This document shows, piece after piece, positions 14,871 through 23,260 of a stretch of DNA of 35,409 bases; the stretch's first letter is position 1; each line of letters starts with the position of its first letter. The notes below the pieces were generated by a model. That model saw only the letters and a program-made list of their open reading frames with translations, ran no database searches and was not told where the DNA came from. The position numbers and the translations under genes were made by a program. The stretch covers positions 1 to 35,409 of the forward strand of contig JALOQH010000001.1 of NCBI GenBank assembly GCA_025453475.1, in the 5' to 3' direction. Origin of the DNA: an archaeon. GTDB taxonomy: Archaea; Nanobdellota; Nanobdellia; Pacearchaeales; GW2011-AR1.

Positions 14871-15818
14871 ATGAAAAAAGGTGAAAGCGCGAAAATTTAT
14901 GATTTGGCGGTTATCGGCGCGGGAATTGCAGGTTTATCCGGAGCAATGTATGCCGGGAGGCTTGGTTTAAAGACCGTGTGTTTCGGCGCGAGCCATGGTT
15001 CTGAAATGCCTCTTGGGGGCGTCATAACGACTACTAAGCAGATAGAGAATTATCCGGGATTTGAGTCAATTAACGGCGGTGAACTCGCGGGCAACATGAA
15101 GAAACAGGCAGAAACGTATAAAGCTGAACTTAAAGAAGAGATGGTTGAAAGTGTTGAAAAAACAAAGGAAGGTTTTGCTGTAAAAACAGACAAGGGAAGA
15201 TATTCAAGCAGAACGGTTTTGTTCGCGACAGGCACAAAATGGAGAAAATTGGATATTCCCGGAGGAAAGGAGTTTGAAAACAGGGGAGTGGCTTACTGTG
15301 CGCTTTGTGATGGTCCTTTCTTCAAGAACAAGCAGGTTGCTATAATTGGGGGCTCGGATGTAGCAGTGAAAGATGCGCTTCTTCTTGCGGAGCATGCAAA
15401 AAAAGTTTATATTATCTATCGCGGAGAAAAAATAAGGGGCGAGAATGCCAATCTTGAGAGAATTGCAAAGAATAAAAAAATTGAAATAATAAACAATACA
15501 AATGTCAAAGAAATAACCGGCAATAAGACAGTCACTTCTGTTGTTCTTGACAGAAAGTTCAATGGAAAGGATAAACTTCAGGTTGATGGTGTTTTCGCGG
15601 CAATTGGCAATGTGCCATTATCAAAACTTGCCAAAGAGATTGGGGCGAGGCTCAATGACGCGGGAGAGATTATGACAAACCCTAAAACCGGCGAAACAAG
15701 CATAAACGGCGTTTTTGCTGCGGGCGACGTATCTGACAGCAGATTCAAACAGGCAATAACCAGCGCAGCTGAGGGGTGCATCGCTGCCCACTCTGCTTTC
15801 GAATACCTTAAGAAATAA
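14871..15818 (+). CDS. trxB: thioredoxin-disulfide reductase
   Basis: The FAD motif is DLAVIGAGIAGLSGA. The redox-active CxxC is CALCDG. The NAD(P)H motif is VAIIGGSDVA. The C-terminal FAD block is GVFAAGDV. At 315 aa it is of typical length. Confidence 0.93.
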   Translation: MKKGESAKIYDLAVIGAGIAGLSGAMYAGRLGLKTVCFGASHGSEMPLGGVITTTKQIENYPGFESINGGELAGNMKKQAETYKAELKEEMVESVEKTKEGFAVKTDKGRYSSRTVLFATGTKWRKLDIPGGKEFENRGVAYCALCDGPFFKNKQVAIIGGSDVAVKDALLLAEHAKKVYIIYRGEKIRGENANLERIAKNKKIEIINNTNVKEITGNKTVTSVVLDRKFNGKDKLQVDGVFAAIGNVPLSKLAKEIGARLNDAGEIMTNPKTGETSINGVFAAGDVSDSRFKQAITSAAEGCIAAHSAFEYLKK

Positions 15819-15832
15819 GGATTTCAGGTTAA

Positions 15833-15842
15833 GTTTTTAAAC
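15833..15842 (+). promoter_or_regulatory. putative TATA element, leaderless promoter of the pilin/ATPase operon
   Basis: GTTTTTAAAC is centred 25-26 nt upstream of the ATG at 15863. Confidence 0.5.
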
Positions 15843-15862
15843 TGGATAATACTAATAAACAT

Positions 15863-16330
15863 ATGACTCAAAGAATTGGGAAAAGGGGTATCTCTCCGGT
15901 TATTGCGACAGTGCTTTTGATATCCCTTGTGCTGATACTTGCAATTATAATCTATATGTGGGCAAGAGCATTTCTTCCAGAGCTGCTGCAAAAAGACCTC
16001 GGCAATGGACCTGAACCAATAGAGCGCGCCTGCGAGGCGGCAGTTTTTAATGCTGCCTATGATGTTGAGCAGGTTAGTGTAAGCAATGACGGGAATGTTC
16101 CTATATACGGTTTTGAGATATTGGTGAATGATGCTGCGACAGGTTCAATCATGTCCCTGGGCAGCTTTAACAAAACCATAAGAACCGGCGAGTCTACCAG
16201 TTTTGAGGTTGGTTATGTGGAAACAGGCAGTGAGATTACAATTATCCCTTCGTTAATCGGCGAGAATGAAGACGGCGAAAAAAAGTCCTATGTCTGCGGG
16301 GAAGATTATGCTCTCAGCGTAATTGTTTAA
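15863..16330 (+). CDS. archaeal type IV pilin-like protein (class III signal peptide, KRG-ISPVIATV type)
   Basis: The N-terminus MTQRIGKRGISPVIATVLLISLVLILAIIIYMW matches the archaeal pilin N-terminal domain pattern (G-[VI]-SPVI + hydrophobic helix). Confidence 0.85.
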   Translation: MTQRIGKRGISPVIATVLLISLVLILAIIIYMWARAFLPELLQKDLGNGPEPIERACEAAVFNAAYDVEQVSVSNDGNVPIYGFEILVNDAATGSIMSLGSFNKTIRTGESTSFEVGYVETGSEITIIPSLIGENEDGEKKSYVCGEDYALSVIV

Positions 16331-16331
16331 G

Positions 16332-16871
16332 ATGAAAAGAAATAAAAGAGGAGTTTCTCCGGTTATTGCGACAGTATTTGTATTGATGCTTACTGTAAGC
16401 GCTGTTGCGCTTATTGCAGGATTCCTTGTTCCATTTGTAAAAAAAAGCCTCTATAAAAGCAGCGAGTGCGTAAATTACAAAGAGGTTTATAGTTTTGAAG
16501 AATCTTTGGGATATAACTGTGTCCAGAAAACAGAGGGATTGTATGCGATTTCGGTGAAGGCTAAGTTTGACAAAGAACTTCTTGGCGGTGTCGCCGGGTT
16601 CAGGGTTGTGTTCAAAAATGCAGACGGCACTTCCAAGGGAATAGAAGTAAAAAATGATACTTCTGCCTCAAACGAGCAGGGAGGAATAAGGCTGCTTGGC
16701 AGAGAAGGACTCAGGATTCCTGCCGCAGGGGAGACAATAACCTATGTTTACAGGGGGGCCAGCGGTGAAACATTTGCCTCTGCAGAAGTCTATCCTGTCT
16801 TGAATTCAGGCACCATCTGCGGAGAAAAGGACAGTATAGAATTAATACAGTGCAAAAATAGGATATCATAA
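16332..16871 (+). CDS. archaeal type IV pilin-like protein (second paralogue)
   Basis: The N-terminus is MKRNKRGVSPVIATVFVLMLTVSAVALIAGF. The ATG at 16332 lies 1 nt after the upstream stop; the track's 16323 start is TTG. Confidence 0.85.
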   Translation: MKRNKRGVSPVIATVFVLMLTVSAVALIAGFLVPFVKKSLYKSSECVNYKEVYSFEESLGYNCVQKTEGLYAISVKAKFDKELLGGVAGFRVVFKNADGTSKGIEVKNDTSASNEQGGIRLLGREGLRIPAAGETITYVYRGASGETFASAEVYPVLNSGTICGEKDSIELIQCKNRIS

Positions 16872-16872
16872 A

Positions 16873-17400
16873 ATGAAAAAGGGGCAGGTTTGGATTGAAA
16901 CAGTATTGTACACTCTTATAGGCCTGGCCTTGATAGGCATAGCTCTTGGATTCATAATGCCCAAGATAAATGAGACAAGAGACAGAGTTTTAGTCGAGCA
17001 GGCTGCAAGCTCCCTTAGCGTTTTGGATGAGAAGATAAACGAAGTTGTCCAAAAAGGGATTGGCAATGTGCGAGAGAATGAATTTATGATGAAGAAAGGA
17101 GAGCTTTACTTTAACTCTTCTACTGATGAGATTTTATTTGTTATACGGGATTTGGGAAGACCGTACTCTCAGCCAGGGGTAGAGATTCCACAGGGGAGAA
17201 TAACCATAAAAACCGTGACTGAACAGAAGGGCAATAGTGTTTACATAAAGGCAGACTACAGGGCAAACATCACGTTTTCTGGAAAAGAAGAGCTTGTCAA
17301 ATTCAGCGCTGCCCAGATACCATATAAATTCTATATTGAGAACAAAGGAAACGTCAATACCAACATCTGGATTGATATTGATGAGGGTTCTAACAGATAG
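16873..17400 (+). CDS. pilin-like protein with class III signal of the KKG-Q...E type
   Basis: The N-terminus MKKGQVWIETVLYTLIGLALIGIALGF has Q at +1 and E at +5 after the Gly, resembling the QxSxExxxL class III signal. There is a 1-nt spacer from the upstream gene. Confidence 0.7.
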   Translation: MKKGQVWIETVLYTLIGLALIGIALGFIMPKINETRDRVLVEQAASSLSVLDEKINEVVQKGIGNVRENEFMMKKGELYFNSSTDEILFVIRDLGRPYSQPGVEIPQGRITIKTVTEQKGNSVYIKADYRANITFSGKEELVKFSAAQIPYKFYIENKGNVNTNIWIDIDEGSNR

Positions 17401-17439
17401 ATTTAAATTGAATATCGAGCATAATAATGTATCTGAAAG

Positions 17440-18966
17440 ATGGTGGTTAATATTGACTTAAGTCCGAGCATTCCTGCTCTGCAGAAAATAGAGGACAAAA
17501 CAAAAATAAATGTGCGTTATGCACTTATTTCCCCGTATGCTTTTGCCCATATACACTGGGATAAAAACATTGGAGAAGTAGTATATGAGATTGAAGAGCC
17601 GGTTCTTGACTATTCAGAAAAAGAAATGCTTGAAAAGGTAGAGAATGCGATGCTTGAGATCCTAAATGTGAATGTTGCTGTCGAAAAAACAATGGAAGCA
17701 ATAACTGAATATCTTGACAAAACTGCGAAGCTCCTGATTAATGAACTAAATCTTGGGATGAGCAATGAGACATATGATAAGATATTCTACTATTTATTCA
17801 GGGACTTTATCGGTTTCAATGAGATAGACCCCTTGCTCAGGGACTATTTTATTGAAGATATAGAATGCAACGGGATAAACACTCCGGTTTACATCATCCA
17901 CAGGGTTTTTAGAAATCTAAGGACAAGCATTGTGTTCAAGGACATGGACAGGTCAGCGAGTTTTGTTGAAAAGCTGGCTCAGAGAGCTGGAAGATATATC
18001 TCCTATGCCCAGCCTTTGCTTGATGGCACGCTTCCGGATGGCAGCAGAGTCAATGCGACTTATACAAAAGACGTCACATCGAAAGGCCCAACGTTTACAA
18101 TAAGAAAATTCACAAAGATACCGTGGACCCCTACGCAGCTTATTGCGTTCAATACAGTCAGCCCCGAAATGATGGCTTATTTCTGGATATTGCTCCAGTA
18201 TAAATCAAGCATTCTGGTAGCTGGAGGCACTGCTTCCGGGAAAACAACTTTTCTGAATGCAATAGCGTTCTTTATCCCGCCAGAGGCAAGAGTTGTAAGC
18301 ATTGAAGATACCAGAGAAATAAACCTCCCCCGGGAGAACTGGCTGCCTGCTGTCGCTCGACCTTCGATTGGAACAGGAAAGGTTGGAGAAGTTGATTTGT
18401 TTGAACTTCTAAAGAGCTCATTCAGGCAAAGTCCGGACTACCTGATAGTCGGAGAGGTAAGAGGCAAGGAGGCTTTCGTACTTTTCCAAGGCATGGCTTC
18501 CGGGCACGCGTCATTGAGCACCATGCACGCAGATTCTGTCGATACCCTGATAAGAAGACTTGAGACTCCTCCGATTGAACTATCGCCGACCCTTGTAAAT
18601 ACGCTGGATTGTGTAGCAATTGCCACACATGCAGTGGTGAATCAGCAGGAAACAAGAAGAATCAGGGATGTTTCGGAGATTGTTAATGTGAACAAGGATG
18701 GTACGGCGATTGTAAACACTCCGCTTATATGGGATCCGAAGAGAGATGTGTTCTATTTCAAAAAACAAAGCAGGGTATTTGAGAAGATATCACAAAGATA
18801 CGGAATCCCGATTGAAAAACTGCAAAGGGAATTCGAGCTGAGGGCGAAGATGCTCTATGAACTTGCCAAGCAGAAGGTATTCGGTTTTGAGGAGATTCAG
18901 AAAATCATCATTGACTATTACAAAAACCCTGTGGAAGTGCTTGCAAGGTACAATCTCGGGGGATAA
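17440..18966 (+). CDS. type IV pilus/secretion assembly ATPase (FlaI/PilB-VirB11 superfamily)
   Basis: Walker A is GGTASGKTTFLN. The Asp box is RVVSIEDTREINL. Walker B is PDYLIVGEVRGKEA. The His box is ASGHASLSTMHADS. Confidence 0.95.
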   Translation: MVVNIDLSPSIPALQKIEDKTKINVRYALISPYAFAHIHWDKNIGEVVYEIEEPVLDYSEKEMLEKVENAMLEILNVNVAVEKTMEAITEYLDKTAKLLINELNLGMSNETYDKIFYYLFRDFIGFNEIDPLLRDYFIEDIECNGINTPVYIIHRVFRNLRTSIVFKDMDRSASFVEKLAQRAGRYISYAQPLLDGTLPDGSRVNATYTKDVTSKGPTFTIRKFTKIPWTPTQLIAFNTVSPEMMAYFWILLQYKSSILVAGGTASGKTTFLNAIAFFIPPEARVVSIEDTREINLPRENWLPAVARPSIGTGKVGEVDLFELLKSSFRQSPDYLIVGEVRGKEAFVLFQGMASGHASLSTMHADSVDTLIRRLETPPIELSPTLVNTLDCVAIATHAVVNQQETRRIRDVSEIVNVNKDGTAIVNTPLIWDPKRDVFYFKKQSRVFEKISQRYGIPIEKLQREFELRAKMLYELAKQKVFGFEEIQKIIIDYYKNPVEVLARYNLGG

Positions 18967-18976
18967 GTATTTAAAC
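18967..18976 (+). promoter_or_regulatory. putative internal TATA element in front of the 53-aa ORF
   Basis: GTATTTAAAC is centred 25-26 nt upstream of the ATG at 18997, the same spacing seen at other first genes. Confidence 0.4.
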
Positions 18977-18996
18977 AATTTTTGATTTTTCTATTG

Positions 18997-19158
18997 ATGA
19001 AAAAAGAGGATGTGGCTCTAATTGCGAAATCCTTAACCAGCATAAAAAACGCCATTGACGAGCTTGATTCTGCCATTAAGAAAAACGATGCAACCCGTGC
19101 AAATTCCGCCAAGGAAAGGATATTGGAGATGCAAATCCAGATAAACCGGCTGCTATGA
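18997..19158 (+). CDS. unannotated 53-aa helical micro-protein between ATPase and platform genes
   Basis: Hand translation gives MKKEDVALIAKSLTSIKNAIDELDSAIKKNDATRANSAKERILEMQIQINRLL*. It is below the ORF-track cutoff. Its stop overlaps the next gene's ATG as ATGA (19155..19158), and a TATA-like element sits at -25. Confidence 0.5.
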   Translation: MKKEDVALIAKSLTSIKNAIDELDSAIKKNDATRANSAKERILEMQIQINRLL

Positions 19159-20396
19159 CTGAAGCATTGAAAAAAGCTGTCCAGAAAGAGATTGAAATGC
19201 TTGGAGAGTACTCCCTGATTCTTGCTAAAGCGGAGAACTCGTCACAGTCTGAAAGAAGATTGATGCTTGACGGCGCGGATTCTCTGATTGCTCAAATCAA
19301 GAAGGTGAATAATTCGATACCGGTTCTGTTGAACAGGATTTTAATTGAGCCAGAAGGAAAGAAAAAGAGTGAAAAAGAAACAAAAAAACCAGCCAAGGAA
19401 ATTGTGCTTTCTGAGAGGCTGTCAATAAAGTCCGAAGAAAAAGAAAAGATGCTCGGAGAGCTCAATATCAATGAAAGATTGTTCAGGAAGGTTGGAAAGA
19501 AACAAGGCGAGGAGAAGGAGGCTGAATTTGAGTTCAAAGCAGCGAGAGGCTATCTTAAGATGGCAAATAGATTTTTCCTTGACAGCGCAAACAAGCTGAT
19601 AAAGAAAGGATATTTCCTGAGCTTGGCGGGAGAAATAAAGAAATCCAACCTTGACATGCTTTTTGGAAGCTATGTCGCGATGATACTGTTTACGACTTTC
19701 CTCTCGGTTTTTGCAGGTTTGCTGCTTGCAATAATCCTGATGATTATAATCGGTTTTAACCCAATTATTCTGCTTTTAATCATTGTTGTTCCGATAGGGG
19801 TTTTTTCTGCACTCTACTACTATCCTTCTGCGGAAAGAAGCAGTATCTCAAAGAAGATTGATGATGAGCTGCCATTTGCTGTAATCCACATGAGCTCCAT
19901 ATCCGGTTCAGGCATTGAACCAACAGAAATATTCAAGATAATCGGGCTTAGCAAAGAGTATCCTTTCCTGAAGGGGGAGATAAGAAAGATACTCAACCAG
20001 ATTAATATTTATGGATATGACCTGGTAACAGCCCTTAACGGAGTTTCGAAGAGCACATCAAGCGACAAACTCGCTGAACTTTTGAACGGGCTTTCTGCTA
20101 CGATAAGCTCTGGCGGAAGCCTGTCAGACTTCTTCCAAAAAAGGGCGGATACGCTGCTTGTGTCATACAAACTTGAAAAAGCAAGATTCGTGAAGGTTGC
20201 AGAAACGTTCATGGATGTTTATATCAGTGTGGTTATTGCTGCGCCGATGATACTTATGCTCATGCTTGTCATGATCTCTGTTTCAGGAATACAAACAGGG
20301 TTTACGCCATATCAGCTGACTTTTATCACAATCGGCGGAGTAGCATTAATAAATATTGTATTCCTCGGATTTTTGCAGATGAAGGCTTCGTACTAA
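19155..20396 (+). CDS. pilus platform protein, T2SS-F/TadB-FlaJ-like domain with about 150-aa hydrophilic N-terminal extension
   Basis: The T2SS-F-type region is DELPFAVIHMSSISGSGIEPTEIFKIIG...DLVTALNGVS...LLNGLSATISSGGSLSDFF, flanked by TM helices. The N-terminal 150 aa are K/E-rich and helical. Confidence 0.85.
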   Translation: MTEALKKAVQKEIEMLGEYSLILAKAENSSQSERRLMLDGADSLIAQIKKVNNSIPVLLNRILIEPEGKKKSEKETKKPAKEIVLSERLSIKSEEKEKMLGELNINERLFRKVGKKQGEEKEAEFEFKAARGYLKMANRFFLDSANKLIKKGYFLSLAGEIKKSNLDMLFGSYVAMILFTTFLSVFAGLLLAIILMIIIGFNPIILLLIIVVPIGVFSALYYYPSAERSSISKKIDDELPFAVIHMSSISGSGIEPTEIFKIIGLSKEYPFLKGEIRKILNQINIYGYDLVTALNGVSKSTSSDKLAELLNGLSATISSGGSLSDFFQKRADTLLVSYKLEKARFVKVAETFMDVYISVVIAAPMILMLMLVMISVSGIQTGFTPYQLTFITIGGVALINIVFLGFLQMKASY

Positions 20397-20397
20397 A

Positions 20398-21252
20398 ATG
20401 AGAATAAAAAAAGTTGCAATTGTTGGGATATCTGCGGGTCTTCTGATATTAATCCTGGATTTAATCTTCTTCCGCGGTGAGAAAATATTCAGTTTTATAG
20501 TCGGAATAGCGTTTGTTGTTGCGGCAATGCCTTTTGTACTGGATATTGTACGGGAGGGCAAGAGAGAAGAAGAAGTGAGCGAAATGTTCTTGGAATTCTC
20601 CAGGAATCTTGCAGAGAGCGTGAACACCGGAACACCTATAAGCAAGAGCATAATCAACATGGCAAAGAAAAATTACGGCGCATTGACGCCCCATGTACAA
20701 AAACTTGCAAATCAAATCTCGCTCGGAATACCTGTCGGACGGGCGCTTGAAACATTTGCTGAAGATGTAGACAACAAGGTGATAAGACGGGCTGTTGCGC
20801 TTATCCGGGAAGCTGAGAAAGCTGGCGGAGAAATAGATTATATCCTTGAATCAGTAGCGAACTCTATTTCAGAGGTTGAGAAGCTTAAAAAAGAGAGGAA
20901 ATCTGCGATATTCAACCTGATTGTCCAGGGATATATCATATTTTTCATCTTCATCGGCATAATGCTTGTGATGGAATTTAAGATACTGCCCCTGACTTAC
21001 GGAACAAGTTCTTTTGGCATAGCAACAGGAGACATAAGCTCGTTCAGCTCCGGCGTTACAATGAGCGCTGAAAAATTAAATCCTGCGCAGATATCCCAAC
21101 TGTTCCTCTATCTTCTGCTAACGCAGGGATTTTTTGCCGGACTGACTATCGGAAAATTAAGCGAGGGTTCTATTAAGGCAGGGATAAAACATTCATTCAT
21201 ACTGACAATTGCGGCTTTCCTTATCTCTACAGGCGTCAGAGCGCTTATCTAG
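20398..21252 (+). CDS. pilus platform protein, second T2SS-F/TadC-FlaJ-like domain
   Basis: The T2SS-F-type region is EFSRNLAESVNTGTPISKSII...LANQISLGIPVGRALETFA...LIREAEKAGGEIDYILESVA, plus TM helices. There is a 1-nt spacer from the upstream gene. Confidence 0.85.
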   Translation: MRIKKVAIVGISAGLLILILDLIFFRGEKIFSFIVGIAFVVAAMPFVLDIVREGKREEEVSEMFLEFSRNLAESVNTGTPISKSIINMAKKNYGALTPHVQKLANQISLGIPVGRALETFAEDVDNKVIRRAVALIREAEKAGGEIDYILESVANSISEVEKLKKERKSAIFNLIVQGYIIFFIFIGIMLVMEFKILPLTYGTSSFGIATGDISSFSSGVTMSAEKLNPAQISQLFLYLLLTQGFFAGLTIGKLSEGSIKAGIKHSFILTIAAFLISTGVRALI

Positions 21253-22012
21253 CGACAATATAGAAAATTTCGTTTTCTGAGCCGACTGTATTGAACTTAA
21301 ACCCCAAGTTAGCAAGAAGCTTCTCAAACCATATTCTTCTGGGCTTATTCATTCTTTTTCCGGAGAGAGTGGTTGTTGAAAAACTAACAATAAGATTTTT
21401 GAAAGTTATATTTTTCAGCACGCGCTCTGCAATAACATAGTCATTTTTCCCGAGTATATCAAAAACCTTGAAGATTAAACATAAGTCTGCTTCAGGAACA
21501 GAACATTCGTCTATCTTTCTCAGGTCGCAGAAAAAAGCGTCGCCTTTTATATTATGCTTCTTGAAATAATCCCGGATAATCTCCAGCTCAGACAGATTGA
21601 TATCGCAAGCGTAATAAGTTACTCCGGGTTTTGCGATAGCCAGCGGATTAAGCCCGCATCCAAGATCGAGGATGGATTTTGGTTTTAGACTGTTAATTAC
21701 CTCCTTGAGCCGCGGATAAAAATTAAAACGCTCCTTTGTTGAAGAATGCGTCTTCAGAATTTCATCCATGTCTTCTGAATCTGCCAATTTTTTCCTGTTT
21801 TTTCGGCTTGTTTGGAACATGCCAGTTGAATAACGAAGTTCTGCGCGAATGTCCTTGACAATTAGTTTTATGTCTGAGATTTTCAATTTCTCCAGGGAGA
21901 GATTGTTTCTTTTTACATATGAATCGAGTACCCCCAAGACAATGGAGTCCCCTATACCGGACAGCTCTTTCTTCTGTTTTATCCTGGAGAGTGCAGACTG
22001 CCTGATATCCAT
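21245..22012 (-). CDS. SAM-dependent methyltransferase resembling the FmrO/Rmt/ArmA 16S rRNA (G1405-N7) methyltransferase family
   Basis: The blocks LKTHSSTKERF, ILDLGCGLNPLAI, DLCLIFKVFDIL, LIVSFSTTTLSGKRMNK and WFEKLL parallel, from memory, the RmtB/ArmA blocks LHASTKERL, VLDIACGLNPLAL, DLALIFKLLPLL, AVSFPTRSLGGRGKGM and WFE. Confidence 0.7.
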   Translation of the reverse strand: MDIRQSALSRIKQKKELSGIGDSIVLGVLDSYVKRNNLSLEKLKISDIKLIVKDIRAELRYSTGMFQTSRKNRKKLADSEDMDEILKTHSSTKERFNFYPRLKEVINSLKPKSILDLGCGLNPLAIAKPGVTYYACDINLSELEIIRDYFKKHNIKGDAFFCDLRKIDECSVPEADLCLIFKVFDILGKNDYVIAERVLKNITFKNLIVSFSTTTLSGKRMNKPRRIWFEKLLANLGFKFNTVGSENEIFYIVAR

Positions 22013-22030
22013 ATTAAAACGAGGGGGGCA

Positions 22031-22042
22031 GTGTTTATTAGG
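22031..22042 (-). promoter_or_regulatory. putative TATA element, leaderless promoter of the methyltransferase gene
   Basis: The minus-strand sequence CCTAATAAACAC is centred about 25 nt upstream of the ATG at 22012. Confidence 0.45.
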
Positions 22043-22060
22043 CTATCGCGTAAGGGCAAC

Positions 22061-22070
22061 CTATAAAAAT
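22061..22070 (+). promoter_or_regulatory. putative TATA element, leaderless promoter of the 22091 operon
   Basis: CTATAAAAAT is centred 25-26 nt upstream of the ATG at 22091. Confidence 0.5.
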
Positions 22071-22090
22071 GACAGAAGATAGGATAGAAT

Positions 22091-22795
22091 ATGAAAAAGA
22101 AGGGGTTGAGCAATATCGAATTTATGCTGGCATTTATTCTTTTTGCAGTGTTTGTAATGGCTGCATTTTACCTGTTTAATCCGATAAAGAGCACAAGGGT
22201 TTTAGAATCGTCCAAGAATTATGTTGTAGGGCAGGTTACTGCAGAGGCAACGGTTCAAATCAGAGCGTATTCCGTAAAACTTGAAACAACCGGTTCGTGC
22301 AGTGGAAGTGTTTTTGAGATAGCTGTCCCTGGAATCGGCAGCGGAGAAAAGGCGAGGGTTGAAGATTATTATGGCAATGCTATGCCTTCGAAGAAATCTG
22401 GCGAGAGAGTCATATTTGACAGGGGGAGCAGCAATTTCGCGGTTTTGAAATTCAGCGAGGATTTTGAGGCAGGCATTCTTGATAAGGCAAGCGATGTAAA
22501 TAAGGAGAGCTGTTACACGATAGCTTCCTCATATACCGATGATTCGCTTTCTGAAAAGAAGATTATGGAGATGAATAAGTCTTATTATGTAAATTACGAG
22601 GGCCTGAAAGATAAGTTAAACATTCCGAACAATATTAATTTTGGATTTATGCTTGAATTTGACAGCGGAAAAGTTATTCTTGCAGACAAGAGCTCTCCAC
22701 TCAGAGTTGAGGTATTTTCGGAAAATAAAAGGAGTTCAGTAATCAGAGAAGACGGAGGCTCTGAGTTCGCGCAGTTTATAATAAGGACATGGTAA
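22091..22795 (+). CDS. pilin-like / minor-pilin candidate (class III-like signal KKG-LSNIE)
   Basis: The N-terminus MKKKGLSNIEFMLAFILFAVFVMAAFYLF has E at +5 after the Gly followed by a hydrophobic helix. The rest is a soluble domain with no recognised family. Confidence 0.6.
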   Translation: MKKKGLSNIEFMLAFILFAVFVMAAFYLFNPIKSTRVLESSKNYVVGQVTAEATVQIRAYSVKLETTGSCSGSVFEIAVPGIGSGEKARVEDYYGNAMPSKKSGERVIFDRGSSNFAVLKFSEDFEAGILDKASDVNKESCYTIASSYTDDSLSEKKIMEMNKSYYVNYEGLKDKLNIPNNINFGFMLEFDSGKVILADKSSPLRVEVFSENKRSSVIREDGGSEFAQFIIRTW

Positions 22796-23211
22796 ACAAA
22801 AAAGGATGGTTAAGGATAGTTGAAGCTACGGTTGCGATAATGCTGATTCTTACCATTATCCTTATAGTTGCAGAGAGAAAAAAAACAACATCTGAAAATG
22901 ATATTTCCGAGAGTGTAACCCCTCTTCTTGAAGAAATTGCAAGGAATGCAACACTAAGGGACAATATAATGACAAAAGACAGTGCTTCTGTTGAAGCAGA
23001 GATAGCTAAAACTCTGCTAATCAAGATAGACAATCCAGATATAGGCTACGATGTAAGAGTATGCGACTATAAGCAGATATGCGCGCTTGACAGCTACCCT
23101 GAGACTGCAAAGGGAGATATATACTCCGGTGAGAGAATTATAAGTTCTGCGCTAGGTTCAGCAGATATCCAGCCCAAGAAAGTCGTAGTGTTTATCTGGC
23201 TGAAGAAGTAA
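22789..23211 (+). CDS. pilin-like / minor-pilin candidate (KKG-WLRIVE)
   Basis: The N-terminus is MVNKKGWLRIVEATVAIMLILTIILIV. It overlaps the upstream gene by 7 nt, which suggests translational coupling. Confidence 0.6.
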   Translation: MVNKKGWLRIVEATVAIMLILTIILIVAERKKTTSENDISESVTPLLEEIARNATLRDNIMTKDSASVEAEIAKTLLIKIDNPDIGYDVRVCDYKQICALDSYPETAKGDIYSGERIISSALGSADIQPKKVVVFIWLKK

Positions 23212-23230
23212 ACTGCGGAGAACAATAAAG

Positions 23231-23240
23231 GTTTATAAAG
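23231..23240 (+). promoter_or_regulatory. putative TATA element, leaderless promoter of the 23261 gene
   Basis: GTTTATAAAG is centred 25-26 nt upstream of the ATG at 23261. Confidence 0.5.
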
Positions 23241-23260
23241 TTCTCTTATCTTTATGGCTT

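Noticed and set aside
17427-17450. 7-codon mini-ORF (MYLKDGG*) upstream of and overlapping the ATPase start
   Set aside because: It is too short and out of frame, and is probably fortuitous. I noted it only because a palindromic ATTTAAAT (17401..17408) lies about 25 nt upstream of it.
18918-19112. 64-aa - strand ORF in the ATPase-platform spacer
   Set aside because: It competes with the + strand 53-aa ORF. The + strand ORF is co-directional with the operon, has an ATGA overlap with the next gene and has a TATA-like element at -25. The - strand ORF has none of these features.
15863-21252. Interpretation of the locus as an archaellum (fla/arl) operon
   Set aside because: There is no FlaH/ArlH (KaiC-like) and no FlaF/G or FlaC/D/E/X, and no archaellin-type long N-terminal domain. 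The platform is split TadB/C-like. An adhesive type IV pilus fits better.
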